Both the position numbers and the translations under genes were made by a program. 64,000 nt of DNA from Marsupella aquatica. Taxonomy: Eukaryota; Plantae; Marchantiophyta. The notes beneath the pieces are model-generated. The model worked only from the letters and a program-made list of their open reading frames with translations, had not been told where the DNA came from and ran no database searches. Shown piece after piece: positions 14,501 to 27,765 of the stretch; within the stretch, counting starts at the first letter, position 1; each line of letters starts with the position of its first letter. The stretch spans positions 10,179,525-10,243,524 of the forward strand of contig OZ316896.1 of NCBI GenBank assembly GCA_973895155.1, in the 5' to 3' direction.

Positions 14501-17500
14501 TTTATAGTTGGGCTGTCTCATAATTAGGTGTAAAATGGTCTGTCCCCTGTCACAGTCTATGGGGATAGATGGGGAGAACGTAGCAGTCCATCCGGGCTTT
14601 TGTTTCTGAATAAAAGCTTCATGAAAACATTTCCAGCCCTGAGAAAATGAATTTTCTTTGTTTAGCTTTGTAACTAGAGGGCTCAGGAGGGAATTTTTGG
14701 GGAAGCGCCCACTTTTTGCCTATCTTTGTTTGTGTTTTGAAGTTCATCTGAGGTGGCTTTCCAAAAAGTAGGGACTTTGCAACTTTCTTCTAGTACCAAA
14801 AGCAAACTGGAGGGTCCCTTCTTGATCTAGTGATAGACACCAGACCATTAATCTTTTGAAATGTTAATTGCGGGGGATAAGCAAAAATCACGGAGCCAAA
14901 GTTTGGAGGTCTTTAGACAGCCCATTGGGAGGTATTTTCTTGATTAACCCCCCAAATGAAACTTGTTACTTATCAACCGCCTGAGGTCTATCAATGGTCC
15001 AGATCTGAAATCGAAAGGTCCATCAACGGTCCAGATTGGGGAAAAGTATCGAGGGGTTGATTAAGTAAAATTTTTCCAGAAAGGGGTCTACTAAGCATAT
15101 CTCTCGCCCATTGGTTACCAAGTACAGTACGATTCAGTAGACACCACACCTGAATGGGCCCCTGGTACAGCCAGCTACAGCCATTCCCACTCATATTCCC
15201 ACTCATTACAGGGTCCAAATGAACACGCCTGGATAAACACAAATCCGTTCAAAGAACGAGCCAAACTTTGGAAATAAATATTTCAATATTTACTTGGGCC
15301 CATTGCTTGCCATAGAGTAGGATTCCTTAGACACCATACCTGATTGGGCCATCAAATATTTCTAAAGCCAATAGAGTTGTTTCCACTTATCATATATAGG
15401 GTCCAACTTTAATATCCAAGGGAATAAAAAGAAGCAATGGGCCCAAGCCTTTTAAAGCACCTGATATTTGCATCATTCGTGAGGGACATTGCTATGATGC
15501 TCCTACCAGATTCCCCCCTTTTTGCAAGCTAATTCAGTTGATTGGTCAAACGCAGTTAGCTTTCCCCGTTTAAGAACAAAAAACTTAAAAGGGTGATCCA
15601 TGCATTGCAACACTTTTGTTAATGGCTAAATTTTGCTAGATTCCACTTCAGTGGAAAGTCTAGGCCACTTTTTGACAAAACTTTGTTAGGTTCTTGCCTT
15701 CCATGATCCAGTTTCCCACCTAGCCACAACCCCCATTTACCCAGAATCTGTCAGTTACATCCAGATTTAGGAGGATCTAACGCTCAGAAACTAATCTAAT
15801 TTTCTTTGCGTCTCTCCTTCACACAAGGTGACGTTAGCCACCCTGGAAAAAAAGAAAGAACCTTGAATATTAAGCCGATGCATAGTCCTTTTTGTGTACA
15901 TATAAACTGCTAAAGAACAAAACGCCAACCAAGGATACAGGGTCCTAGAGAGACCCAGTAAAGAGGAGAACTAAGAAAAGAAGGATAAGACAAGTACCAC
16001 TTTAAGGAAACTTTAATACAGCATATTTTGAAGGTGACTTATTGAAAAGTACATTTTGAGGTTCAAAAAGAAAAGATGCCTCTCGTCATGAGATGGTTTT
16101 AGACCTCCTTCCATGAAAGTTGTACACATTCACATATATGGGGGATGCATTCATAGTAGGCAAACATACTTTCAGCCATCCAAGGGTGGCTGAGAGAGGG
16201 AGAGGACACAGCAGGGTAGGGGAGGAGGGGCTAGAGAAAGAAAGAAAGAAAGCTGGAGATAGGGTCCCAATGGCAAAGCAACCCAATAAAGGGAGGGAAA
16301 AAAGAAGGGGGAAGGAAAGGAAAGAGTTTGGGGAGGGGCGGGAATGGAGAGAAAAGGAAGAGACGTGAAATGAGTGAAGGAGGGAGGCAGGGACCAAAAT
16401 GAAAGAGGGAGGGGAGCAACTGAAAAGTGAGGATGAAGATCCATAAGGACTTAGTGAGCCACAACTAGCTTTCAGGTGAAGCTCACGAAAAACCTGCAAA
16501 CTCCACAAAGAGTGTGTATCATGGATTTCAATAGAGGTTACTGAGGTGGCTCACAAGCAGGTCTTAATGTAAGATTCAGCACTGCCATCGAACTGGGAGG
16601 GCTGCACTCTATCTTTCGAGTCGTCTCTCAGATAGTCAGATGGCAACATCTCCCCATTTCAAGGGAGTGCTGACCCATACCATGTGAGATTATGATTCAT
16701 TTGCTTCAAAACAAAACTACTTTAGTTTAGGTGTTATGTTTTTAAAAGAATTAAAATCAATTTTAGTTGTCACATGATCTACGCCAGTCACTCGAGTGAT
16801 CCTCGGGAAACCATATGGGAATGCCAGTAATTGCGCATGCACTGACTTCTCGATTCTAGAAAGCAACGTGGGTAGTTAGCTGTTATTAGCAGGATAGCGT
16901 TATAATCAAAAGGAGAGCCTAATAAGTTAGAGAATGTTGTAGCCTAGAAGCACTGTAAGCATGATTACCATGTGAGCAAACAATAATATTTTTTTCTGTT
17001 GGGAAATTGTGCCATACTTTTTCTCATTGGAGGGGAAATATTAATTAACTACATGTAGAGCACCCTTAGTCTCGCGCTCGCCAGGCAAAACGTGATTTAA
17101 AATACCTTAAATTTGGTGTCAGTTTTTCATAATATATCAGTTTTGGACTCTTCATTTGACTCGCGAGCACCCTAGCCGTGTACAGAGTCCTGGAAATGCA
17201 TTAGAAATAAAAAAAATCATACAGAACCATGGTGGTGATTTGCTAGCAATACTCTTTGTCGCTAGCATGCTTGCTTGCATCTTAAAACTCTTGGCAATGT
17301 CTGAGATGAAGACATAGAGGAGGTCAGGTCATAACTCTCCAGATCGCCCAGTCAGTACTAGAGCGATGTCAATATGTACTGACAATATAGTATTAGGCTT
17401 TTCTGACCTTTGGGCAGTTGCTCTTTCTCTGGTCTCTGCTGCTGGTTGAGCATTGGTTTTTCTTGGGTGTACACTCTGTTGCCCTTTTGGGGTGTTTTGG

Positions 17501-19189
17501 TATTGAGATGGCGTGTCTCCCACCCCCCTTCCTTGGGGTGCATGCGAAAAAAAAGTGCATGTACTCATTTTAATGAGAACATGCATTACAAGGTACAAAT
17601 GACCTTATTCACAAGTTGGACAGGAATTTCCTAGGGAGTGGGCCCAACATCGATCCAGCTGGAAAATTCACTTTTGGAGATGCCTGCAATGACATGTTTT
17701 TTTAATTTTATTTTAAAATTATGGCACCTAGGCAGGATTATGGGAACTTCACTATGATGTTCTTCAAGTGCCCCCTGTTCCAAGCAGGCAAGCATGAATT
17801 TCATTGTTGCTCTGGGGTTGAGGATGTGCTGTAGCTAGGGCTGATGTTGTTTATCTATTGCGGACCCACTGTTTAGTACCATGCCAGTCACTGTCCACTG
17901 GCTGGTCCACTGACCGGTCTTTAGGAGCCTTGACCCTCCCGCTGCAGTAGTTAATTTTCTTGCTTGGCTTCCGTTTTTGGTCATTCCTCTCTCCTGGTGC
18001 CGGCTTCCCTGGTCTTCTGGGCTTTACCACCTCTGGTTCACCTGGATGCCGACCCCCTCTGTAGGGCACCCCTTTTGTACGTTGCCTGTTGAATGAATTT
18101 TAATTGGTGTTTAGAGGCATTATAACTGGAGAGTGTTTAGACTAAATGTCTTCCATTCACAGGTATGCTCTATGCTCCTGGTCACACTAAGAATTCAGTC
18201 AACCTCAAGTTGCCACGTCCCTAATTAGCTTGCCCTTCTTATGCCCTCTCACAGTCTCTGGCTCTCATGACCATGGTGATCACTTGTAAAAGTCGGAGTG
18301 CCCAAGGGCAAAAGATGCCTAACTGGGAAATATGATCACAAAGGCAAAGCAACCAATGAAAGGGAGGGAAAGAGTAAAAAGGCCCCAAGAAAAACAAGCC
18401 AAGGGGTCCCCTACCAAAAGTCCAGGGAGGAACAAAGACCAAAAAGTAACCTACAAAGGAGCCAAGAAGGCGAACACCCTATTGAGCGGAGAATAGAAAA
18501 GCCTGGTAAAACTCTGGAATAAACTACATAAGAGTTCACAAAACAGAACCTGTCCAGGAGATCCTAAAACCAACTCCCTCAGCACTACTAAAGAGGGTGG
18601 AAACCTTGGCCTGCTGAAGAATCACAAACACTAGCTGCCTTATGTAAATCATAAATTTTCTTTGTGTTAGTCACAGCTCAAGGTCAAAGTGAGGGCAACC
18701 CACATGCCTTATCTCCTAAACACTGTTGCAGATCCCAAGTTCAGGAATTAAAGCTGACACTGCCAGATGAAGGGGAGATTTGCAGAGACACCCAAACGTC
18801 ACACACTACTGTAGTGAGCAGTCTGTTAGATCTACAGTTCTCGAGAAGAACGTTGGAAAGACTTGTAGAGCGTGAATACGTCCCATCTCATGGATTTTAC
18901 AGGATCAGCTGGTGACAGAAAATCCGGCAACTGACAGCAATCACTGCAAACAGTGGTCAGACTTGAATAAATGCACTTGGGTTTTGAGATGCAACCATTA
19001 TCTTAGCAAGATACCGTGTTGAATTGATGGAACAATCTGTAGCTTACACATTCGGCCCCAGATTTATAGTGCGTGAAAATGAACAGCTCCAAATCATCGA
19101 AAGCAGCAGACTAGCATTCAGCGGTCAAAGCAGTTCCTTCAAAATTCTTGCATTGACCCCTGACTTGTTAAACTCAACAGACGCAACAT

Positions 19190-22100
19190 TATGCTAGCAG
19201 GGGACCACTCTATTCGTAGAATCAATCCCCTGTTCTCAAGAAAGACAAAAAAGAATAAGGCCTCCAGCGCTCTCGTCCCCACGTATCGATTTGCACCCGT
19301 TATCGTCTGGAAGGTCGAGCTGTACTGTTGTCGTCATCGAAAGCTACATTTGAAGTTACCGGCGGGCCATTCGGTACCCACTTCTCGATCCTTGCTTCGA
19401 AACTCTTTCATGCATTCTGTTTCGTTGAGCTTTCACATCTTTTCAGATTTTCTTCTAGAGTTCTCGGACCTTTTCTTAGAAATATATTTGTTCACATTGC
19501 TTGTCTTTCCACAGGTACTGTTCAAGGTCTACTACTAATCTACTAGTCGTTGATGGGTGTGTGTAATTTCTCCAGTCCCAGACACATTCAACCCACTACA
19601 TGTGACAATTCTGGTCAAATTCATGACCATCAGCAGAACCGGTCTCCCATTGTACTGAATGCAGGCTCGTTGTCATCTAGGACTCTGGTTCTCAATTCTG
19701 TACCCAAACCAATCTCGATATCGAAGAATGTCCAGGGAATGTAAGAGCAACAATGGAAGCTGGCTCAAAGTGAGGAAGCACTAGTAAAAACGAATATGCA
19801 AGGAATGTACAAGGACATTTTTGCATTGCACGGTAGGAAGGTTCTCTGACTCGCAAATAGAGAACAGAGGCAAGGATGCTGAAGTCCATCAACTAAGAGT
19901 AGGTTGTGGTCACAGGACGACGAGTAAGTTCAGGTTAGCAATTTGGGAATTCGTATCATTGAAATTCAATCAGTCTGTTGAGTGCAAAGAATTCCTTCAA
20001 GTATTCCCTACGAAGTTCATCTGTTTTATGACTTTCGTTGCTGCCCATGAAAGGTAAAAGAATTGACAAATCCAAATCCATATACCCGTCCCGCAACTTT
20101 ACTATAGTCACGAGCTCTCTTATTTCTATTACAATCCTCAGAAAGCACCCTCGGCAAAGAACGGCGACATCGGCTTCACATATGAAGCCCATCTTCAATG
20201 AATGAAATAAATCAATTCTAACATTCGAGTGTTTCTCATTGCGTCCGTTACCATCTTGTCATTCTACCCCTAGGCCCTTTGGGGAGATGCTTTGCTGTCA
20301 AATTAATTCAATTCTCTCCTTCTGTTATTGCTACGATCAATTCCTCTGCAAAATCCTGATTGTCTGAGAAACGGAATTGTCCCAGTGACAGGGAAGCAGA
20401 GTATCTTTACGACGTGAACAATTCCAATCCACGATGGAGAATCTTTGCTACCAGGAAAGGCAATTGAGAGCTGACAGCTAAAGAATTCGCTGAAGAGAAT
20501 TGCACCCAATCTGGACTGTCCTAGGTTTAACACTGTGATATGCTTCTTGCAGTGGCACCTCAAAGTTGTTGTAGTCAAGTCGACCAAATCGAAAAGCTTA
20601 TTGGACCGTCGGCAGGGATCGCTTTAGTGGAGAATTTCCTCATGTGTCGGGATCCATATGGTAGCACTCCAATGTCGTTGTCAACTGAGTGAGACTCTTT
20701 GGGCATTGTGACAGTCAGCTGATGGAGAAGATAGTACTTCGGCAGAACAAGAGAGACCGTGACAAAGTCTCAAAGACGTCTGGAAGGAACCTTGATAGGA
20801 ATTTTCTGACATTGAATCGGGCCGCCCGTAGCGTTGTTTGGTGCTGTCTGTGTTTACGCGACCTTTCTCGAATAGTTGCATGTTGGGAAAGTGGACCTTT
20901 TGGGCGAACCTTGCAATTTCATGTCGTCGTACGAGTAATTGGCCGACTTTAATTGCAGCAGAACATTGGCGATTATATGACAGAATGTTGTGTCAGTAGC
21001 TCCATGTTATCAAGGAACCTTAGTAGTGTTGAAATGGGAGTGGGTACAACACCATGGGTTGTGACGGGAGGTAGTCGATGTTGCTCCTAAACCCACTAAA
21101 GTGCGAGAGCGTTCAGACCAACAGACCAAACAACAGTGAGTGCAGTGTGAGTCCGGACTTCAATTTTTTGGTTTCTTTGCACAGCCTGTGTCAGTAGAGC
21201 TTTGGTAAGGGAAAGTGATCCTGGTCTTCCTATTCCTGGATCTCTTGCCAGTTCACATGTTTCTCACCAACCATATGTGGACATCAATAGAAAATGACAT
21301 CAATGCTGCTCAGAGAACAAGGTTTTGTCAATTTGATTGCCATCGAATCATTATCCTGGCAACAACGGTGAATGGAGTTACAAGGAGGAGCTAAAATTCT
21401 ACCCTTCCATGAAAGCATGTACAGTCCACCAGTAGAACGCATAGCAAAAGTATGGAGAAGATTGAGCACCAATGGACCTGGGTTGACTGAATTGCTTTGG
21501 ACATGGATAGAACACAGATATTCCAGACATTGGCCAGAGAATACAAAGTAAAGAGAACATGAGTCCGCATGTGCAAATCCTCGATGTTTACGAATGACAA
21601 GGAAATGAACAAATTTAACTTCCACTGTGAACACATGGCGGAAAATGTGCAAAGTGTTCCCATCATAGTTACTGTCAAGATTCATAGAACGTCCACAGGA
21701 ACTATGAGCAGAAAACGATGTCACACCATATCATTTTTGACTGGCAAAATTATGTTTGGTTTGATCCAATCTTTCTAAAGTGCCTATTTCGGAGCAAGAC
21801 AATTCTGCAGTTTCTGGATGGCATCAACAACTAATATATTCAATTTCAGGATAATTGCACAACGATAAAATTCTGTGATGTAGTATAAGGAGATTGTAGC
21901 GATGTCTACGCGATTCTAGTTTTCGAAAGAGTGGTTACCTTTTAAATGATGTCCGAAGTAGGAAACGTCTAGATGCGCTCTAAATTCACATAGCCCACCG
22001 TTATTTTCAACAGCAACAGTCGGAGTGCAGAGAAAGCTGAGCGAAGACCACACCAATTCTCGGTTGGAGGTTCAGAAAACTGAAACGCTCAATGTCTTCT

Positions 22101-23910
22101 TGCGTTTGTTCAAGAAATTCGTTTAACTTTTTTGGACACCAGCAATCAAACAATTATATAAGAAATCAAGCATTTGAATTGAGTTAATCCTCTAATCAAA
22201 ATAATGTACGCGGAGGAATGATTGAAAAATTACTTGAGAAAGCAAGCAGAGAGCTGCAGAGGCACATGGCCAAGGACAACTTGAGAAAAACATATTGAAA
22301 CCCTATCTATGTAGCAGATTCCTTCATAACCTTGGTAACTTCGTGGGGATCACCTACGTAGCATCTTCCCTGTCACTTGTTGCTATCCCCATGACTTTCT
22401 TCGGCCAAGTGCATGAAAGGAAGCCTCCCTATACTCCACGAGTGAGCCCTGATGCCATCTCCAATTGTATTTTGGTTTCTCAACCTCGACGGGATTTTGG
22501 GACACTCCTCTCAAGGCCCAAGTGTCCCAGTTTAGCAGCAGTTCAGCGCCATCCAGTCCATCGGATGCAAAGTTGATGACTTCGTTAGGCAAGAAATCTT
22601 TGATGAACAACAATATCTCTTTGTGTGGCCGTTCTTGATCCATTTCTTGATTGCAGTCTCGTGGGTCTGAGATCTGAGCCCGCTGTCATGAAAGTGTAAA
22701 ATTCTGGGCACCTTTGAGCATACAAGAACCACCTTTTACCAAATACTCGTATTGGCTTCAGGCATTTCCATCCACCAGGTCAGAGATGATGACCAGGATG
22801 CTCTAATTGAGCTGAGTGAAGCGAATGAAAAGCTCATCGTGACTAGCTGACATCTTTGACCACCAAACTGAAGAGCAAGATTACATCGCACTATTACGTC
22901 AGCTTCTCGTGATCGGAAACAGTGACATAGAGCTAATCTTCCGATATCTGGAAATGTGGAGTGCAGCGTGACTCAAGAGCTCAAGCATGACTGCGATCAA
23001 GCACACTCTGAAATCACTTTCAGTACTATCGATCTTCTCATGGCTGGAAGTGCTGACACACAGAAGGGTAGCTATTGCAGGTTGACTAATATGGCAGAGT
23101 GACAAGACATTCGTTGCAAAGGTTGGATACTAACTGCTAACACTGAAAAGATCATCTCACCAAACCGATACGACAATATGGCAAAAAGGTCGTTGGCCAA
23201 ATGATGCAGCCACCTAAAGGACCGTGCTGTGAACAAAGTAGAGAAGTGCAGGTACGGGCAGGATTGCCGTATCGACTCCAACAAATGAGTCCTTTTCGTG
23301 TCCAAAAGCTCAAACAACCACATTCAAAGCGAGTTAAAGTGAACTCCATCAAATAATATTTGTGGGTCCTCAGAAATTCACACCATTCTATAATTTGAGT
23401 TCTAGTTTACACGATGCGTTCTGCCATAACGCAGCTCTCAGCAATGAGCTACAAAAGCAGGCACATGTACGCGGACTACAAAAGCAAGGAGGATGAAACT
23501 TCTGCCCCTTCAGCATCTCATGGATTAGTCTAACTTTATTTGATTTAGAACGTTTGGAGCTCGAGTGTTGAAGGCATCTAACACAAATTTGTAGTTGCAA
23601 GATTTCATAATAGATTGATTAGTGTTCTTCGTTTACTGACACTAAGTACTGTAAGTCAGCGTAGCTGTGGACCAGGTCAAATCGTCTGGTAATCAAACCA
23701 GGGGACTGGGTAATTGCGTGTGTTAGTGTATTGTACTTCAAAGGAGCACCACGGTCAAAAGTTATCACTGTAGCATTTCTTCAAATTCGAAGTGAGAATG
23801 ACATCTTGTAAGTTCCTGTTGACATTCAAGACAGAGACCTAGTTGTAATTGGATTCCATACCTCGAAGAATTGCCGTAGCACCTGTGCTGGACCAGTGAA
23901 TTCTTGATTC
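19190..23910 (-). pseudogene. Decayed ORF block of unknown family, copy 2
   Basis: Series of broken minus-strand ORFs (23388-23600, 23072-23323, 22383-22643, 21284-21724, 19956-20198). Clear homology to copy 1 only at about 23290-23910; the left boundary is uncertain. Confidence 0.35.
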
Positions 23911-24674
23911 ATTGATGGTTTTGAAAAGGGAAAGGTTTATTCAGATAGGATCGGGGCGAACCCAATATTCTTACGTTAGGGTAAGATTTGAGGATTTGGA
24001 GCTCGGGTTAATACGTAACTAGCCATTATTAAGTCAGCAATTAAATAATTTCTTTCAATCAATACTTCAACGTTAAATGGTTGATCCTGCTGCATATGCA
24101 ATCTGCCGAGGTACAGTGGTCAACATTTTGCGTTTACTCTACTTCCACCCAACAATGTATTAAAATGAACAGATCAAGGTAAGCAAACGTCTCCTCTCAA
24201 GTGCATCTTATGACTTAAACATGGTCAACTATTCTCTGTAGACTCTGGGCGAGATTCATCTGCAGAGTCAGAGTCTGTAAGGTTGAACACTTGAAACCAG
24301 GCTTGACTGAGCTGCCTTTCTGATGAAAAAAGATTATTCAATGCTCGTACGTGATATATGCCTGCATCCGTGTAGAACTTTTTTTGGTCCAAGAATCTTT
24401 CCCCCTTCCAGATGGAAAGCCTACTGTTCGATGTGTCGAACGCGGAAAGAGACGGTGCCGCCACCTACTGTCTTGAAGAGGCAACATTAGGAACAGCAAA
24501 TGCCACTTGTCCCACAGGACGCAAAAAGATCTCATCGGTGTGCAATCAATCATGGTTTCAAAGAAAATGGCATGCTGGATCTCATCTTCAATCGGAAAAA
24601 AGTCAAACCAATAGGCAATGCGCATGCAGGCAAAAGCAACTGGCATCGGTTAGTTGGCCAGGGGATTAGCCTGG

Positions 24675-24729
24675 AACCCAGAGGTCCAAGGTTGGGTGAG
24701 GAAACCCAGAGGTCCAAGGTTGGGTGAGG
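24675..24729. repeat. Tandem duplication of about 28 bp
   Basis: aacccagaggtccaaggttgggtgagg occurs twice in tandem. Confidence 0.85.
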
Positions 24730-25741
24730 CGGTATGTATGTGGAGTGAGTACTGGTTTCTCCTCGGCCAGCTATGTGGTCCGGGTCCAACCCACTCTCTC
24801 CTTCCCAGTAAGGTCCCAGATGAAGATCCTAGTCTTAGATGGGTTACTCCCGGCTTTCAAGGCAAAAAAAAAAAACATGGCATCGTCGGGCAAAAAAAAC
24901 ATGGAATCGTACTCCCTTGTGGGCTACCTGCTACCCTGCAGTGAGGCATACTCCAAAGTAAACGTTTATCCTTGTCTTAGACGGGTCTACTCTCTGCTTT
25001 GAAGGCAAAAGAGAAAAAAACATGGAAAAGTTGCAGGGAGCTCACTAGCTCAGTCAGTCACCCTACACATTCAAAAATGGGCACCAGGACATCGCATCAT
25101 GAATCCATCAATGTGACGGACATTAAAATATTTGCGTGCTATTGTGATTCAGACGACTCGATCGATCGATGGGTAGGTGGAATACTACCGTAGCAGCTAC
25201 ACTGCTAGCTAGAGCCTCTTCCCCGCCCATAATTATGGTCGGCCGGACGGAGGGAAGGACAGCAGCTGACTACAGCTGACTACCTAGCTAGCAACCCTGC
25301 CACCAAACTCCCCTTTTCGCATTCTCCTGTTGTCATAGTCTCACCGGCTATCATCCTCACCTATCGAACACAGCGACAGAGCACAGCGGGTCGCTATGCA
25401 TAATGGGCAGTGAAGCCCGTGTGATGTTGAAGACAGTACATGAGTACACTCTGTGGTCGTGAGAGGAGTTAATGCTCATTCCTTGCTACAAGAGCGAGTG
25501 ATCGACTGTTTCTGTTGAATGATGAGTACTGTACAAGCGCTTCGCGTGACAGACTTCACAGATTCTCTGTAAGGTTGGACACTCCATGAAGCTACTGGGT
25601 CACGACATGACTCTACGTCTGTGCTACAACTGTAGTTCTTCTACCTTTCTAACTCATGGCTAACAATATGTACTTCTTCGCTATGGAAAGTCTCCCGAAA
25701 ATCTCAGTTTCAAATCGATTGATGCTGCCTGATGTAAATGA

Positions 25742-26965
25742 TCAACCCTTTTTGTAAAAGAAGTAAATTGCTGTGTACGGCGACTTGAATGTCTCTCCGG
25801 CGGTCGCCGGGTATGACAAATCTGGCGCTAGGCCGTTTTCAGTATAAAGCCTCTGCACGTAAGTTACTTCGCCAAACTGACTCCTGCAATTCCAAGAGAA
25901 ACATAATACACGCCGGATTAGCACGCACAGAAATACCTTACTTTTCTTCAATTCTGGTCATGATTAATCGGTGCCCAACTAACTTACTACATTACATTTC
26001 CGAGTTTCAACACCCGAACCATCAATGCGACACATGTACGAGTACACCCGTCACTTCTCAATAAGACATCATAGAGTCGGGGGCTTGGGTATCCCCAACG
26101 TTTGTTTCATACACACTTACGCATCTTCATCAATTCCTTCCCGCAATTAAAAACCATACCTACCACCTCTAAACATCACAGCTGTTGCGGTTGATCGATC
26201 TAGACATACGCTACACTCATAACATCGCACAAGGAAGAGTCCAATCCAGAGACTCGACGATATCAGACTAGAGACTAGTACTCAGTCAATCTCAGGTATG
26301 AATGGCTCTTACCGTCCGTCATTCAAACCAGGTATGAATCGACTAGATTGCAGAAATTTTGCATATAAGGATTTTGCCACAAGGAGACACGGGTGCGAGG
26401 GGTAATTGAACACTTACGGTGATCCAGAGATGTCTGTTGCATCCAGCATCAGCCATGGAATGGCATCTTGCGACACCGTCACTTTTACGGAAGCAGCTCC
26501 CGTGCAGAGGCTTTCAGGAGAGAAAGACTTCCAGGTGGGTTGCCCGCCGAGAGCAGTCTTTTGGGGGAGAAAATAGTGCACCCCAAACTCCTTTCCTGCG
26601 AACGTGCATAGTGTCGCCGAGGCATTGTACAATGTCCAGTTCCCGTTCTCGAATACATACTCTTGGAATCCGCTGGCTCTCAAGACCTTGTGCAGTTTGT
26701 TTCCGGGTTTAACGAGCAACGACTCCGGAACTTCCGTCGGTTCCAACGAGTTCCCACTCAGATTCAGCAGCCTTCGCTGACCCACCGTGTTTCCACTCAA
26801 ATTCAGAAGCCTTCTCTGACCTACCGAGTTTCCACTCAAATTCAGAAGCCTTCTCTGCGGAAAACTAGGAGCGGACCGGCCCTGAGCCTGCGTGTTTGAA
26901 TTTGAGGCAGCTATGACGAATAAGATGAGTAACACTAACGCCCGTGACACACAGGACAGCTTCAT
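25742..26965 (-). CDS. Secreted DUF3455-like domain protein with three N-terminal RRLL-delimited peptide repeats; exons 26965-26418 and 25883-25742; 229 aa
   Basis: ATG at 26965 and hydrophobic signal peptide MKLSCVSRALVLLILFVIAAS. Phase-2 intron CC|gtaagt...ttgcag|G; the spliced 690-nt CDS is open to TGA. DUF3455 hallmarks occur in order: PGNKL..ASGFQEY, W..A.L, GVHYF, GGQPTW, AIPWLML, VTYVQRL.T..GLAP, Y.A.Y.FY. Confidence 0.9.
26741..26857 (-). repeat. Coding tandem repeat, 3 x 39 bp (QRRLLNLSGNSVG / QRRLLNLSGNTVG / QRRLLNLSGNSLE)
   Basis: Units at 26857-26819, 26818-26780 and 26779-26741 read directly from the sequence. Confidence 0.95.
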
Positions 26966-27765
26966 TGCTGCTGTACTCCTTATAACAAGAAGTCGTCTGG
27001 GGAAGCTGCGCGAGAGGAAGTATTCTCAAGCTGGGCATTCATGGAGCTTCAGATCTACAAGGGTGGCAGTGGACTCAATTTGCGAGGGGGGAGGATCTTT
27101 GTGCGCTTCGATCTCAACCTCGCTCTGCAGAGTCTGATGAGGGTAAAGTGAGATATAGAGCACGGGCCTGTAGCTGCAGACACAGAATCCCTGCCTGGAG
27201 CAAAAGATCGAGACCTGAACGATTAAAATATGATGTGGGCCCGCCTGGCCCTTTGACTTCGATAGCTCAGACTGAATGATCGACCTTTATGCATTGATTG
27301 TAACGCTTTCTCACAGCTACTGTGAGATCAACTTTTTGTCTTCTGAAAGATGGTGTATAGCTCACTGTGGACTGTACTGCACCGGTATGACTGTATGCCT
27401 TGCGGCTGCCTGCCTTTCGCTCCAATCTTTCAATGATACAGTTTATTATTTTATTCCAGGTCCAAGTGATGATGATTGTCAGGCGGAGCCTGAACGTGGG
27501 TATAATAATCATATCGCTACCCAGGTAGGGATCGCTGGAAACCTGTACCATGTTCGACGTTTCTCTTCCGATTCCAGTTTCTCGACCTTCGGTTCTCCTC
27601 ATTAGCCTGTTTTGACTTTTCTTTTCCGAGGCTTCCAGAAAGAAGTCAATCTTGGGAGTGAGAATCCCAGAATCACTCCAAATTTTTGAGGTGGGCCAAA
27701 TTGGAAAGCAAGGTAAAAACAGGTAGATTCTCTCCTTCTGTATGGGTGCCTGGTCTTAAATAGGG

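Noticed and set aside
16086-16508. Overlapping ORFs in a GA-rich tract
   Set aside because: Low-complexity purine-rich sequence is naturally poor in stop codons, and no motif is present.
15885-18600. Additional CRE-like 3' tails (about 15890-16000, 17330-17555, 18340-18600)
   Set aside because: Only compositional resemblance (strand-biased T-rich tails), with no convincing alignment by eye.
26414-26417. ORF-track stop giving a 183-aa protein
   Set aside because: The TAA lies inside the donor site gtaagt. Splicing to 25883 completes the DUF3455 domain.
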